Shown: positions 23,258 to 35,617, numbered from the whole stretch's first letter. The stretch is 53,262 bases of DNA, filler included, from Catajapyx aquilonaris (GCA_000934665.2; 2 parts of 2 records of this genome joined end to end with filler, not necessarily neighbours in it), one strand, 5' to 3'. Translations and numbers: made by a program. Notes: generated by a model from the sequence alone, not told the origin.

Positions 23258-25108
23258 CTAGTCGCCACAAAATGCCAGATGAAGAGGGTGGTGGGCAACG
23301 AGGTATAAATTAATAACTGTCACTATCACACTTAACAATGTTCTTCGTTGTTTTGTTGTTAAAAAAATCTCTGTTATGGACATTTGCCTACTCTTAGATT
23401 CAAGGATTCAATTGTCACAATCGAGTGAAACCCTTCTTTCGATACGTCTGGTCGTCTGGTAGACGGAGATCAGGAAATTGAGCATTTCTGTACATGTGGC
23501 CTACTCTCGACCTTTCGGCTGGGAAATGAGAAAATTTTCCATACTCGCCAACCTGAACTTAGGGAGACTGAAAATGCATTGATATCCCATGGTAAGGCCC
23601 TGCCAGCACTTCGAGTTAGGGAAGTTTATTTCCTATTATTTTACATTGTGACCAACCAGCAAGCTCATCATTTTCTTCGACTTAGGGAAGTTCGACATAG
23701 AAGTTTTACTGTATCATTAGTGGCCCACCTGGCTGATGTAACCCTTTGGGGCCTGACAGTCAATGGCTGTACAGTCTTTCATGAGCATTTAATACATCAT
23801 GCTAAATATCTGGTACCAGTAGGCTACATGTTGAAACACATTCAGCAGTGTGCTCTAGAAGCAGCCTGCATAAAAGCGGGCCACTCCACTCTTTACAGTA
23901 GATATAAATAACCCTCAGTGTGAAACGTCATTTAGCCATGCTTAACTTGCAAATTGTGGTCTTTTTTGGAACCCATATCGTTTTTATACTATAAACTTAC
24001 ATGGACAGCAAAAGTAAGAATATTTATGCCTCCGAAATTCGGTCTGGATTACAAGTGACATCCGGAAAAAATCGATCCCCTGTGATGCTTGGTTGACTCA
24101 TGAGACACAGTTCCCTGTTTACCTGTAGTTGTTCTTGATAATGTACATAAATAAAAATAGAGATATTGAAATAAATACTTTATACTTCTCAATAATGGGA
24201 AGGGTTGATCACTAACAAGTAAATGTAATTACATGGGTCTATTGGGTCATTTTGCTTTCTACTCTGCCATTGTGCATGTCACGGCATGAATTTTCTGTGG
24301 CTGATTAGGGTCAGAAAAAAACGAGTCGCTAACTTGAATCATATGGGGTCCTTCTTGGACCCCAAGATGACTAGTGAGCATTTTAATGGCATAACTCACT
24401 TGTAGCCTCTTTTTTTGTGGCTCATAATTTTCAGGCATGAAAGTTTTTTGGAGGAATGCAGGTGTGGGATATTTCATTTTGACAAAAACTTACTTCAGCA
24501 TGGTGATATAAGTATACCATGGGGTCCAAAAAGGACCCCACGTTTCAAGTTGAGGGATAAGTGACCACATTTATTTCAAATGATAGCACTCTTTGAAGTG
24601 TATGGTATGTACAGTGGGCTTAGGTGTAGCAATTACTGTTTTCCTGGGTGATGCAGTGGCTGTTGGATTGACCTCCATCAAAGTTGCTTTGGCAGCCGTG
24701 CGTAAGACACAGTTTACATGGCATTGCTATGCTACAAATAGTTAAGTATGCCATTCCCTCTTGGATGGCAATGAATTACGTTGTCTAAATTCACATTTAG
24801 CGTACCAGGAAAAGGCACGCGCAGACATTTTTTTGGATGTTTTAAATACGAGGGCTGGGAGACGGTGCGCTGAACCTCCAAAAAATGGTTCCTGGAAGGG
24901 CTGGAAAGGTTGCCACACCCATGACTCCTGTTCATTCAGCTCCAAGAGGATTCACTAGATAATGTGTGACTATCTGCCGACCTGCACTGTATTTGTGGCA
25001 AAAAAATGAATTGTAAATCATTTTAGTATGGTCCTCGAATAAGCAAACTCATTCATTTGGTTACATAATCGATTCATCATGTGCTTAATCTTGTTTCAGA
25101 ATATCATC

Positions 25109-26221
25109 ATGCCGTCTCCAATGGCACATTTGCACGTCACTGCCCCGTCAAGCTTTGTTGAGATGCTTCACATGATTAAAAAGGACATCACAATTGTGTG
25201 CTGTGATGGACATGTTGCTGCCCACAAGCTGGTCATCTACACAATGGTTCCATATCTACGGACACTACTGAAGGAGACACCATCGGCAGATGTTATTTTC
25301 TTGCATGAGTTCAGTAAGGTTGTAGTAGAATGTTGCCTTCATCTGATTTATACCGGGGATCTCAAGCTGAGTGTGAGCCAGGTTGTTGAATTCGAAGAGT
25401 TGATTCTGGCTCTAGACTTTAATCCTAATATCAAATGGTCTCGGACAGGGGAGGTGTGGTGGCCGTGATGGTAACGTCACGGCTTGCTGAGTGAAAGGCC
25501 CCAGGTTCGATCCCCGCCTGGGGAACTTTCCTTTCACCTGCGTCGGGAGGGTCTCTGACCTGCACCGAGGAGGTGTCTGGCAACCTAACCTCCTGGGGAA
25601 CAGCACATGACCCATTAGCTACGACACTGCACCTTGCACCCATGTTCCCTCCCCAAAAATCCCTATTCTTTCCCTTTGTCCCTGTTTCCTTGCACCGGTG
25701 ATTGAAGTGAAAATAAATACAGATAAGTGATGGTGGTATGCCACCCCCCTATAGCTCCCATAAGGGACATCACGGGGTAAAAAAAAAAAAAGTCTCGGAT
25801 ACCTGAAGCGGAAACTAGCACTATTGAAGATGATGGTCCTAGTTTCTTTTCTAGTCCAGATTCCACACCTTCTGGTAGTGGAGTAGTTGTAGAGTCAGAA
25901 CCAGAGAACCCACACATTAAGTGTGATTCATGTAATGGGCAATTTTCTACAGAGGAGAAAGCTAAGCATCATATTGAACAAGTTCATGTCACCTCTGAAA
26001 TAATTGTGTGCATGTTTTGTAACCAAAAGTTTGTAAGTACGACCAAACTGTTGTCTCGTGAGAAGATGTGCAAGATAAAGCAGGAAAGGAAGCTGCTTAA
26101 AAGTCGCAGAGGTCCTCGGGAACTCCCGAGACTCCATGCTGGTGTGACAATTTGCATAATAAGTTGTGTCCTCATTGGGTTTATTTTCTTATACTTAAGC
26201 CAACAACATCAACCAGTTTAA
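25109..26221 (+). pseudogene. BTB/POZ-C2H2 zinc-finger gene interrupted by a SINE (252 aa when the SINE is removed)
   Basis: BTB motifs DITIVCCDGHVAAHKLVI and CLHLIYTG at 25109-25445. After deleting the SINE plus one TSD, the frame continues KWSRIPEA...CDSCNGQFSTEEKAKHHIEQVH...CMFCNQKF...VTICIISCVLIGFIFLYL to TAA at 26221. Confidence 0.8.
25446..25791 (+). mobile_element. tRNA-derived SINE (head type C) with poly(A)
   Basis: B box GGTTCGATCCC. Core TGGCAACCTAACCTCC shared with the 27915 and 40460 copies. TSD GTCTCGGA at 25438-25445 and 25792-25799. Confidence 0.92.
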
Positions 26222-26629
26222 GCTCTGGTTCTCGTATAATTGTTCCCTATTGCAATGACCCAATTCAAGATCCACAGAATAGGCAGAGTTGTCATTCAAT
26301 GATTGGGTGATCCAAACTACAAGGCTTACACTTTATGCAGTGCTTCCTTAGTATTTAGTAGTTATAAAATTGACGCTAAAGGAAATTATGAGTCAGTGAT
26401 GAATATCATTAGCACAAGATGATAATGTGTTATTGTGCAGTTAGTCAAATAAATATGCAAATTTTATTATTTATTATGTACAATCATCATTTTTGTAACC
26501 TTAGACCTGGTTTCACCATTCAAGATATAGGAGGGTGGTTCCATTTCAAATCAGGCGGAGGCTGTCAGGGCTTGGTCTCCGATTATTACGGAAAAATTAC
26601 ACGAAGTACCACTGTCGAAATGATGACGA

Positions 26630-26729
26630 NNNNNNNNNNNNNNNNNNNNNNNNNNNNNNNNNNNNNNNNNNNNTTAATTAATTAANNNNNNNNNNNNNNN
26701 NNNNNNNNNNNNNNNNNNNNNNNNNNNNN
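26630..26729. other. Artificial 100-nt scaffold linker N44-TTAATTAATTAA-N44
   Basis: Symmetric N runs around a six-frame stop spacer at 26674-26685. Confidence 0.9.
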
Positions 26730-27914
26730 GATAATCTTAATGGAAACTTTTTATCACATCCTGTGTATAACCCCACCACTCCATTTTTTGGGGGTGTCCC
26801 AATATTTTCAGATCAGGGCAAGTAAATACAAGTAGGAATACCTGCGGGTGACATTCTCCTACTTGGGAAATTTTTCGATTGTGACTAATAATAGTATCAA
26901 TAGCAAGGCAATTGAGAAATTCAATGTGGCCTTCACTCTGTGCTTTAAAAATGCAGAACTTACAAGTCACTATGGAATTATTTTCCACACAAATTGTCCC
27001 TCAAGTCCAATATGCACATTACCAATTTGGGACTTGCAATACTTGTCCAAAATAGAGAGAAAACAAAAATTTATTTAAAATTCTTGTGACTTCCACAGTT
27101 GGCAGCAAGATATTCTTTCAACTAGAGACTAGCATTAGACCCTTGCAGTGAAACTCAATCATCCTGACAATTAAATTTTGGCAGGGATGACAAACTTGTC
27201 AGAATTCCACCTTATGCACTATGACTTTGCAATACTTCGCATCACACCACTCATCTATTTTTAGTAAGCCCAACTGGTAACTGGTTCCTTTCATCCTGAC
27301 GCGTGGCTGCCCGCTCAACGCAACGGGACAATTCTTTTTGAACTGTTGATACAGTTTTTGCTTTTGAGGTCTTTACAATCTGTTGAAGTCAATGAGTCTG
27401 ATTACTTTCTACTAGTTCCATGCAGGTAGCCAACCATCTTCAGCATTTCTCACAGGAAGCAGACCTGAAGAGCCTCTGGACATCAATGTCATATGCAAAC
27501 TATTCCACCTTAAAGACAACTTCATTATTGGAAAATTATTTCACTTAAAATCTCCCATTGTCATGGCTCTGGGTAAATGTAAGAAATCACTTGCACCCAT
27601 TAGGCATAGAAGGTGCCAAGACTGACCTGCCCAGTGATCAGATTTGCGATTGGTGTCTTTACGGTCAACACATATTAATCTTCCATCTTCCATTTGATGT
27701 CCAATCATGTCTACCTCCCTCCCTCTTCTGAGTGTCTAGTGATAAGATTGATCTAGCATTTTTTTAAACATATTTTCATTTCTATGAATATAATTTCTTT
27801 CTGAATATTGGCAAGAGGATAAACTTATGTTTCATGTCTTTCCATATAGGAACTGTGGTCAAGAACAAGATAAAACATGAACAAGGTGGTAGCTACCTAG
27901 AATAACTAACACAT

Positions 27915-28233
27915 GAGGAGGCATGGTGGCCAAGACGGGAATGTCTCGGCTTGCTGTGCGGAAGGTCCCGGGTACAAACTCCGCCCGGGAGTTCCCTTTC
28001 GCCTGCATCAGGAGTGTCTCTGACCCGTGCCTTGGAGGCATCTGGCAACCTAACCTCCAGGGAGACTGCACATGACCCTTTTTCAGACATTGCACTTGCA
28101 CCTGTGTCTCCTCCCCAAAAATCCCCATCCTTACCCCATGTCCTTTCATCCTTGCACTGGAGTTGAAGAAAATTACAGAAAATGGATGGAAAATGGTGGC
28201 CCCATCATGGGGTAATGTAAAAAATAATAAAAA
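27915..28233 (+). mobile_element. SINE type C
   Basis: Homologous to the 25446 copy. Near-perfect TSD AATAACTAA(C/A)ACAT at 27901-27914 and 28234-28247. Confidence 0.88.
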
Positions 28234-28848
28234 AATAACTAAAACATCAAACATGGTTTTACATTACACAGCAGAATCTTTGGTATGGTGACTACACACA
28301 ATTTGTTTAACATAAGAAAATATATGTGATGTGTGCAGTTCTTATAATATTGGAACCCATATTATTCTATAAGCATATTAACATTACATTCCCTGTGTAA
28401 ATTCCTGCAGGTATCTAGCTGTCCTGCAGCTAGTGATAAGTCTCATACCTCCAGGGGTACATATAGTGTCCCTGAGTCAGCTCAGAACCATATTAGTGGA
28501 ATCTCATGTATGCTTCCAAGTGAAGTTCATATCTCTGTACGACTTTCTCAGACTGCCTGCTCTCTTAACGCTAATGCGGCAGGAGTCAGGTATGCACTGA
28601 TGGCAAATCTGTTTTTAAACCTGCTAGTTAATATTTTCAAGCCAAATATTAATGCTTAATGCAGAATTATTTAATTGTCAGTAACTGTGGTTGGGGGAAG
28701 TGCCCTCTAGAGCAGTGGTTTTCAAACTGGGGTACGCGAACACAATTTGGGGGGTATGCGGAAGATTTTGGGCAATGGCGTCCTATATATTGTGAGAACC
28801 ATTATCCTGATTCGCGATAGAATACTTGGGACCAGGACGATAATGACT

Positions 28849-29133
28849 AATAATAATAATAATTCATACCCCGTTATCAGCCTATCGGCTCTTTAGGGGG
28901 GAAGTTTTGTTTTGCCTGGAACTCTTTGCTTTCCTTTTACTGCGCTTTTCGGGATAGGATAGGGACGGAAGGAAGCGGCTGTGGCCTATTAATTACGGAA
29001 GCAACTCCGGAATTTTCCTGGAAGGACCGTGGGAAACCACAGAAAACCACGGTCAGAGTTGCCGGCCCCGGGATTCGAACCCAGGACCTCCCGATTAGCA
29101 GTCGGACGCCTTATCCACTATGCCAACCTGCTT
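28849..29133 (-). mobile_element. SINE type B with (ATT)n tail
   Basis: Homologous to the 8858 and 17939 copies over head and body, with a different 3' tail. Ends approximate. Confidence 0.82.
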
Positions 29134-29662
29134 CGGCCGAGAAGGATTAAATGAGCATAATGAAGTGGCAGTCTGACTAGAAATGAAGAAATTACTTCTG
29201 GTTCCATGTAGGGTCAATATGCAGCACCGTGGAACTTCAAAGTAGATACGTCACCCAACAGGTGCAGAACAACTTATTCCCATTCTAGTGTATCAGTCAT
29301 CAGTGTATGGAACCTTGCTCAGTTATGGCCTGAATTTTGTTCGCAGTAGTAGTGGTGGAAGTTTCTCGATTCATGGGTCATGTGGCTGCTAGGAAAATAT
29401 TATTGAATCAGTTGTTACGAAAAGGGTCTAAGCGCTATGAACCAATTTAGACCCATTTCTGAGAAAAACACAGAAAAATTGTCCTACTCATTCCCATTCT
29501 TTTCTCAAATTATTATTTTAGTGACCCAGCAGAGGAATTTGACTGATGTTGTTTTCATTCAGCATGCGCGTTGAAACTCAAGAAGCAACATGGCAGTGTT
29601 AACTCAAAAATTTCAAATTTTGAAGCAACTGCAGAGGGGCCGATTTCAATGCCAACATACTA

Positions 29663-30670
29663 CAGGGTGGACGGAAAGTTTCGGACCCCCCCCAGGTTTT
29701 TAAACCCTACTTTTCACAGCGTCTTTTCACATCTTTTATAAGTCCACAAGCAGTTCTAATGTACACTATCTTTTGAAGCATAATCTTAAGAACATCTGAG
29801 CACCTTCGCTCTCGCAATTCCATTAATAACTTCGCCTCTGTGACTCATCTAAACATCCTATCTGTTTTGCGTTTATTTTGCTTGTTGCCTTGGAGGACAC
29901 CTGGTCATATTCTGCGTCAGATAAGGTTTTCATGACCCTTTTCCAGGAGTTCCCCTTCATGCAAATGTTGTGAACTCACTCCTGACCTTATTTTTTGCAT
30001 TGGTCCATAACCTGGTCCAATAAAAATTTGAAAAGGAATGCATGAAATGGCGGACCCGGATGCATTACTTTCGAATTCTCACATTGGTACCATCACATTT
30101 GTCTCCATTTTTACTTTGAAATAATTTTTTGGTGGGAAAGGACAGTAAACCTTGGTAAATTAATCAACATGACACATCCTTTCATTCACGTCCTTTCGCA
30201 CCAAAAAATTATTTCAAAGTAAAAGTGGAGACAAATGTGATGGTAACAATGTGAGAATTCGAAAGTAATGCATCCGGGTCCGCCATTTCATGCATTCCTT
30301 TTCAAATTTTTATTGGACCAGGTTATGGACCAATGCGAAAAATAAGGTCAGGAGTGAGTTCACAACATTTGCATGAAGGGCAACTCATGGAAAAGAGTCA
30401 TGAAAACCTTATCTGACGCAGAATATGACCAGGTGTCCTCCAAGGCAACAAGCAAAATAAACGCAAAACAGATAGGATGTTTAGATGAGCCACAGAGGCG
30501 AAGTTATTAATGGAATTGTGAGAGCGAAGGTGCTCAGATGTTCTCAAGATTATGCTTCAAAAGATAGTGTACATTAGAACTGCTTGTGGACTTTTAAAAG
30601 ATGTGAAAAGACGCTGTGAAAAGTAGGGTTTAAAAACCTGGGGGGGGTCCGAAACTTTCTGTCCACCCTG
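29663..30670. mobile_element. About 1-kb palindromic MITE family M, copy 2
   Basis: TA|CAGGGTGGAC ... GTCCACCCTG|TA. Near-identical to 11514-12528. Confidence 0.92.
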
Positions 30671-31817
30671 TAGTATTGGAGCACTTGAATCAATTGCTGC
30701 AACAGTTTAGATATAATTTTCCCAAGATGGTCAATTGGACATGTCAATCAATTGGATCAGATATCAATTTGAGATTTCTTGACCACTTTTCACATAGTGT
30801 ATCAGTGCAGGATCTGAAATGATCATCGAAATTTCCACGAATGGAAGTTTGTCTGAATTTGTGCCAATAACACTTGTGATTTTTTGGGCTGAAAAAATTG
30901 AAGACTATCCAGCTAGTAGAAACCTGTGCTCTGAAGTATTTAATACCATGTGTACTACTACCTATTTATGTGAAGCAAGTTTTTCGGCATTAACGTCCAT
31001 GAAACCAAAATTATATCAACGACTTTGTGTTGAGAAAGATCTCAGGCCTATATTGACGCCACTTGTCCCGAATATTGTGTGAGAGAAAGAAAACTTGCCC
31101 ATCACACTAACTACTGGTAAGTGCCTGCAATTACTATTGTTAGGTAACAGGATCAGAATGGGGGTACAAACTGTCTTTACATATTTGAAAAGGGTTACGT
31201 GGCAATTTTTTTTGGGAAGCACTGCTCTAGAGGCTCAAATGCCTCCCTGGGGACTGGCATGCATTGCTGATGGGGTTGGCCTTGCGAGAGACTGCTAGTA
31301 GGGGGCTTTTTCTTAGTCGCTGCCGGGCATCTGAAGTATTGCCAGTCATGTGACATCATGGGATCAGATGACACTACTAGACACTGCTGTTGGTGTGGGT
31401 TGCATCTCAAAATTATCATGCAGAAAAACCAGAGGAAGGATCCCAAGAACTATCACACAGTATATGTAATGTGCTGTTTGTATATATTGACTTCCCATCC
31501 TGCAGCAAGAGAATGTTGTACTGTAGCATTATGACACAAATTGCCATAGCGTTGAAGAACAACCCACGACATGGACTTGAAAATAATGCAACTTTGACCA
31601 TTACATGTCAGTATCTAGAAGCCTGCAGGTTTTTCAAAATAACCCATCTCAAAATTTGCGAAAAATACAAAATGGCACCTGCCTCATCAACATTAATGGG
31701 AATCCCAGCACACCTGTCCATCATTTTGGAGATAATTGCAATTTCCACTGATAAAGATCTGAATTGATTTTGGGACAATATTAACAATATTGGTGACTTG
31801 CATAGCATCACAGAGGG

Positions 31818-31910
31818 TCATGGTTCATGCAATTGATTTTGATTGAAGCCAGAAGGGAATCCATCATTCAGTAACTGTGATAAAGGATCCTCCAATGTCA
31901 CTTCCTTTTC
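31818..31910 (-). CDS. AP4E1: AP4E1-like, putative last coding exon
   Basis: TTTCAG acceptor in phase with the previous exon. EKEVTLEDPLSQLLNDG...HEP-TGA. No recognisable homology. Confidence 0.55.
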   Translation of the reverse strand, partial: EKEVTLEDPLSQLLNDGFPSGFNQNQLHEP

Positions 31911-31968
31911 CTGAAACAGTAATAGCATTTTAAGTCAGTTGCAATATGATCAGAAGAAAAACACTTAC

Positions 31969-32110
31969 CTTCTGACCCTCCAAAACTGGAACTTGCGTGT
32001 GAGTGTCACATGCCTCTGGCATTTTATACTGGGACTGAGTACCTTCCAAAGTTTCTCCTTTTAATCGCCCTGCACGACTCCAAACTTTTGCAGCCTCACT
32101 GACAACTCTG
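31969..32110 (-). CDS. AP4E1: AP4E1-like exon (hinge)
   Basis: TTTTCACAG acceptor in phase 2, AAG|GTAAGT donor. KVWSRAGR resembles the AP4E1 KLWGKEGY motif. Confidence 0.7.
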
Positions 32111-32171
32111 CTGTGAAAATGCAAGCTTTCATTAGTTCAAATGTTGACAGGCATTTTGCAGCATACCTTAC

Positions 32172-32814
32172 CTGAAAGATGGCTGAATGTCTTCTGACTT
32201 GGTTGACCAGGATTCTATCCCAAATGATTCAGGGCAACTGGTTTCATCACCAGACATGGGATAAGGTGTGAACTCCAGGCTATCTGTATGTGGATCTTTG
32301 ATGGATATAGCACCCTTCAACTTGCACAATAGTTTTGGCTGGTATGGCTTGCTACCAGCTTTTAAAGCATCGACAACAAACTGGTCCATGAAACTAAGGG
32401 TAAAGTCTGGCTCCCTTTCTGAACCTTCAGGCATAATGTTCAGATGGCATAGAACTTGCAGCTCTTTTGATTGTAACTTCAGATGCATGTTTGCCATATT
32501 ACTGGTTTTATTAAGCAGCTCTGTGACTTGTGTACCTGATTCACCAGCCTGTAGAATAACCGTTTGCAATGTATGCAAAAGAGACAGCCATAGTTCCACT
32601 TGCGTTTCTGTCAGTGTTCTTCGTAACCATGTCTTCCCTAATGCAACAAGGTCATCTAGCACTATCAGAGACATTGCTTTACCCTTGCAACAGTAAGATA
32701 TAATCCAAAGGCATAGTTCCACAACAGAATCAAACACATTTGTAGATGCCAATATCTTCAGAGCAAGTTGCAACACCATATTCTTGAGATCTACATCTTG
32801 CCCCGCATCTGAAG
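32172..32814 (-). CDS. AP4E1: AP4E1-like exon
   Basis: TLSFMDQFVVDALKAGSKPYQP and LEFTPY resemble AP4E1 SLSFLDGFVAEGLSQGAAPYKP and LNFEPY. Alternative in-frame acceptor at 32808. Confidence 0.82.
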
Positions 32815-33244
32815 CTAAAGGAATCATATTAGCTGTGATAATATATTTATGCCATTTACACCTATTACACTATCCAAAAATAAGTACCGGTACTGTTTGT
32901 TTGTAAAATAGTTTTAAGAATTTCCCCAAAAAATCAACATAGCCACATGATGGCACTAATCTTTAGCTACTATGCACACAAACATATTTACATATTTTTA
33001 AAACCCTGGTACTGCATAAAGTGACCAAGAGATGAACGGATAGGCTTTGCAGTGAGTGTCGATGTAGACTGGCAAGATCTCATACCATGGTTTTAAAATG
33101 CTTAGATTGATATGAGATTTGTGTGCAGCACTAGCTAAGAAGAGGTGCCATCATGTGCCTACGTTGACTTTCAGACACAGTTCTTTAAAAAAAATTACGG
33201 TAATAGCCAAACAGTATCTACTTTTGCAAAATGGTAATATTTAC

Positions 33245-33834
33245 CTGTCGTTAATATGTCCTTGATTCTTTTTACTATTTGACCTACACAGGTCTCAGAT
33301 GATTTTGCAAGCACTTTGAACAAAATACCAATGGACACAGACTTGTTTGATCCATGCTTTCTTGATACATCAATTATGCTATGAGTTACTTCTTGCAGTA
33401 AAAATGAATCCTGGCATTTTTCCATGTAATTGAGCATGTGATTGCATATTATATAAGCATTTTCTTCTCTTGCTAGGCATGCTAAAATCTGCAGAGATTT
33501 GTGCTGGATAGAAAAGTCAGGATGGCACAAGGCACGCGTCACAACAGTCCGGAAATCTGATGGAAGCTGGACGGCATGCATTTTCAATAAGGCACCTAGA
33601 AGGCTGAGACCAGTATGGCAGAGGTTTTCATCTGGGTTGCCCATCAGCTGGCTGGTGTACTGAATCACAGTTTCTAAAGGAAAGTTTGAGCATGTCTCCA
33701 ACATGGTCAGGATGCACTCATGGGCAGTAGCCACATATATAGGTTCATACTGCTTGTAGCAGGCCATAAAAGTTTCTTGGAGTATAGCTTCTGTCTGCGA
33801 GCATTCCTTATCACTGGACAAGAATCGAAGAAGT
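33245..33834 (-). CDS. AP4E1: AP4E1-like exon (adaptin N-terminal trunk)
   Basis: Long helical ORF with adaptin-like HPDFSIQHKSLQILACLAREENAYIICNHMLNY. TTGCAG and GTAAA boundaries, consistent phases. Confidence 0.88.
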
Positions 33835-34077
33835 CTGCAAGAGATAGGATGAGTTAAGGTTTGTGTGATTTAAATTCTGACTTAATTACGACTTCAAACA
33901 TCCATCAGTGTAATGGGACTGAACAACAGCTGTGATATTTGAATGAATGTTTTGCAAGATGGATGTCCATTTTGTGGACACAGAACAGGGATCTTTATTT
34001 ATTACTCAGTGAACTAGAATAATATGAATATTAATAAATTATCCTTTGTACAGTTATGTGTTAGTTTACCAAGTCTA

Positions 34078-34490
34078 CAGGGTGGACCAACTTCAAGTGT
34101 CGTTTTATAACGACGATTAATAGCAGTGATTTTGCGATGACGTAGCAGCGACGTGTAAAATGTCCAACTTCGGCGCCATCGAAAATATTAGCTGCCAATA
34201 GCAGCACACATGTAATCAACCCTGCTGCTGGGTTGACCTGGAAAAAAGTAGGTGCACACATGACCTGAGATGCGCCTGGGTGAAATGCCTTCTTTGCGGA
34301 CTTCCGGATTGGCATTGGTCCGCATGTGGTTGCACTCGTTGCAGCAGGTTCATTACATGTACGCTAATATTGGCAGCTAATATTTTCGATGGTGCCGAAG
34401 TGGGACATTTTACACGTCGCTGCTACGTCATTCGTAAAGCGCTTCTATTAATAGCCGTTATAAAACGACACTTGAAGTTGGTCCACCCTG
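34078..34490. mobile_element. Palindromic TA-flanked MITE in an AP4E1 intron
   Basis: TA|CAGGGTGGACCAACTTCAAGTGTCG ... CGACACTTGAAGTTGGTCCACCCTG|TA with about 150-bp arms. Confidence 0.9.
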
Positions 34491-34794
34491 TATATCCAGC
34501 AACCCAAAAGCTAATAAAGTGATTCCCATCGAAACTCTAGCCTACCAAAAATTCAATCACCTGATTTCAGGATCTCCAAGGCAACTGGAGCCCAAACAAC
34601 AACCCAGATGGGATACACACAGAAAAGACCACTTCATTTAAAAGTAGGCCTCAGCAGAATGCTATTCGTGAACCATTTATGCCCAAGTCATAAGCCTGTT
34701 ACCACAAAACCTTGGGAAATGGATAAGTGGTTTTACCATATGATGACAGAAGAGTTCTGATGGTCATATATTGCATAGTAATCATTAAGCTCAC

Positions 34795-34928
34795 CGCATT
34801 ATGCTCATCTGCATCCAGGGTGCAACCATGGACTTGTAGTGGTATTCTGCTGGGAGCTTGTTCTGGAGAATCTGCTTTTGTATGGCAATAATGGCAGGCA
34901 CCAAGTCTGTCAACAGGAATGCATGCTC
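34795..34928 (-). CDS. AP4E1: AP4E1-like exon (frame not shown in the ORF track)
   Basis: EHAFLLTDLVPAIIAIQKQILQNKLPAEYHYKSMVAPWMQMSIMR resembles LKQVVGGKLPVEFNYHSVPAPWLQIQLLR. AG and GTGAG boundaries. Confidence 0.92.
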
Positions 34929-34988
34929 CTGGGGGAAAAATATCAGTTGATCTACCTCTATTTACATGTGAATTCAATCACACCATAC

Positions 34989-35344
34989 CTTGGCTAAATC
35001 CTCCAATAACTGCAAACTGGCAGCAACAACTCCAGGGTTGGCATCTCCCAAGGCCTTACGAACAGGCACCATAATAAGATGAGACTGCTCCGGACACTTC
35101 CTAAAGATGTAGTGGAGTGCTACTAAGGCCTTTCTCCTGATGTAATCAGATGTGTGGCCAAGTCGTTCACAAACCATAGGTAGCACAGTTGGTGTCAACT
35201 CAGCCGGAAGAAAGTGGCAGATGGCAACCAAAGCCATGTTGACTTCTAAAGGATTTGTGCTGGCCAGATCACGAAGGAGACCATTCACAAACAGGACTAC
35301 CCATTCATCCTGTTCATGAAAGAAGAGGCAACAAGCAAGGTAAC
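34989..35344 (-). CDS. AP4E1: AP4E1-like exon
   Basis: GYLACCLFFHEQDEWVVLFVNGLLRDLASTNPLEVNMAL...IRRKALVAL...RKALGDANPGVVAASL matches the AP4E1 N-terminus. Confidence 0.93.
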
Positions 35345-35418
35345 CTGGAAAGCAAGGATGCTCACATCACTACCATACATACAACTACACACTGCCATTC
35401 ATACAATAAATTGCCTAC

Positions 35419-35617
35419 CAGTGTGTTTCTCCATCACAGATGCACTCTGTTGCGCTAGCTTCAAAGCATGAATGTAAGCAAATTCAGCAGAATATCCCAA
35501 AAGCTTGCAATACATGGCATACACGAGGCAGCTACGAGTGACAGTTGTCTTTACTCCAGGCTTTTCCAGGGCCCGTCGAACCAATTCCAATTGCTTTGAA
35601 ACAGCAATGGCTTCTTC
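35419..35617 (-). CDS. AP4E1: AP4E1-like exon (most 5' exon located; start exon not found)
   Basis: EEAIAV...YCKLLGYSAEFAYIHALKLAQQ..EK resembles YCEMLGYDASFGYIHAIKLAQQGNLLEK. Confidence 0.92.

Larger units (their letters stand above)
28713..31224 (+). mobile_element. Decayed hAT (Charlie/Buster-type) transposon with nested SINE and MITE
   Basis: CAGTGGTTTTCAAA ... TTTGGGAAGCACTG termini, 8-bp TSD CTCTAGAG on both sides. hAT dimerisation-domain remnant FW...TTYLCEASFSALTSMK...DLR at 30819-31082. Confidence 0.9.

Noticed and set aside
26737..27720. Exon-like minus-strand fragments
   Set aside because: Short frames with stops and no motif I can identify.
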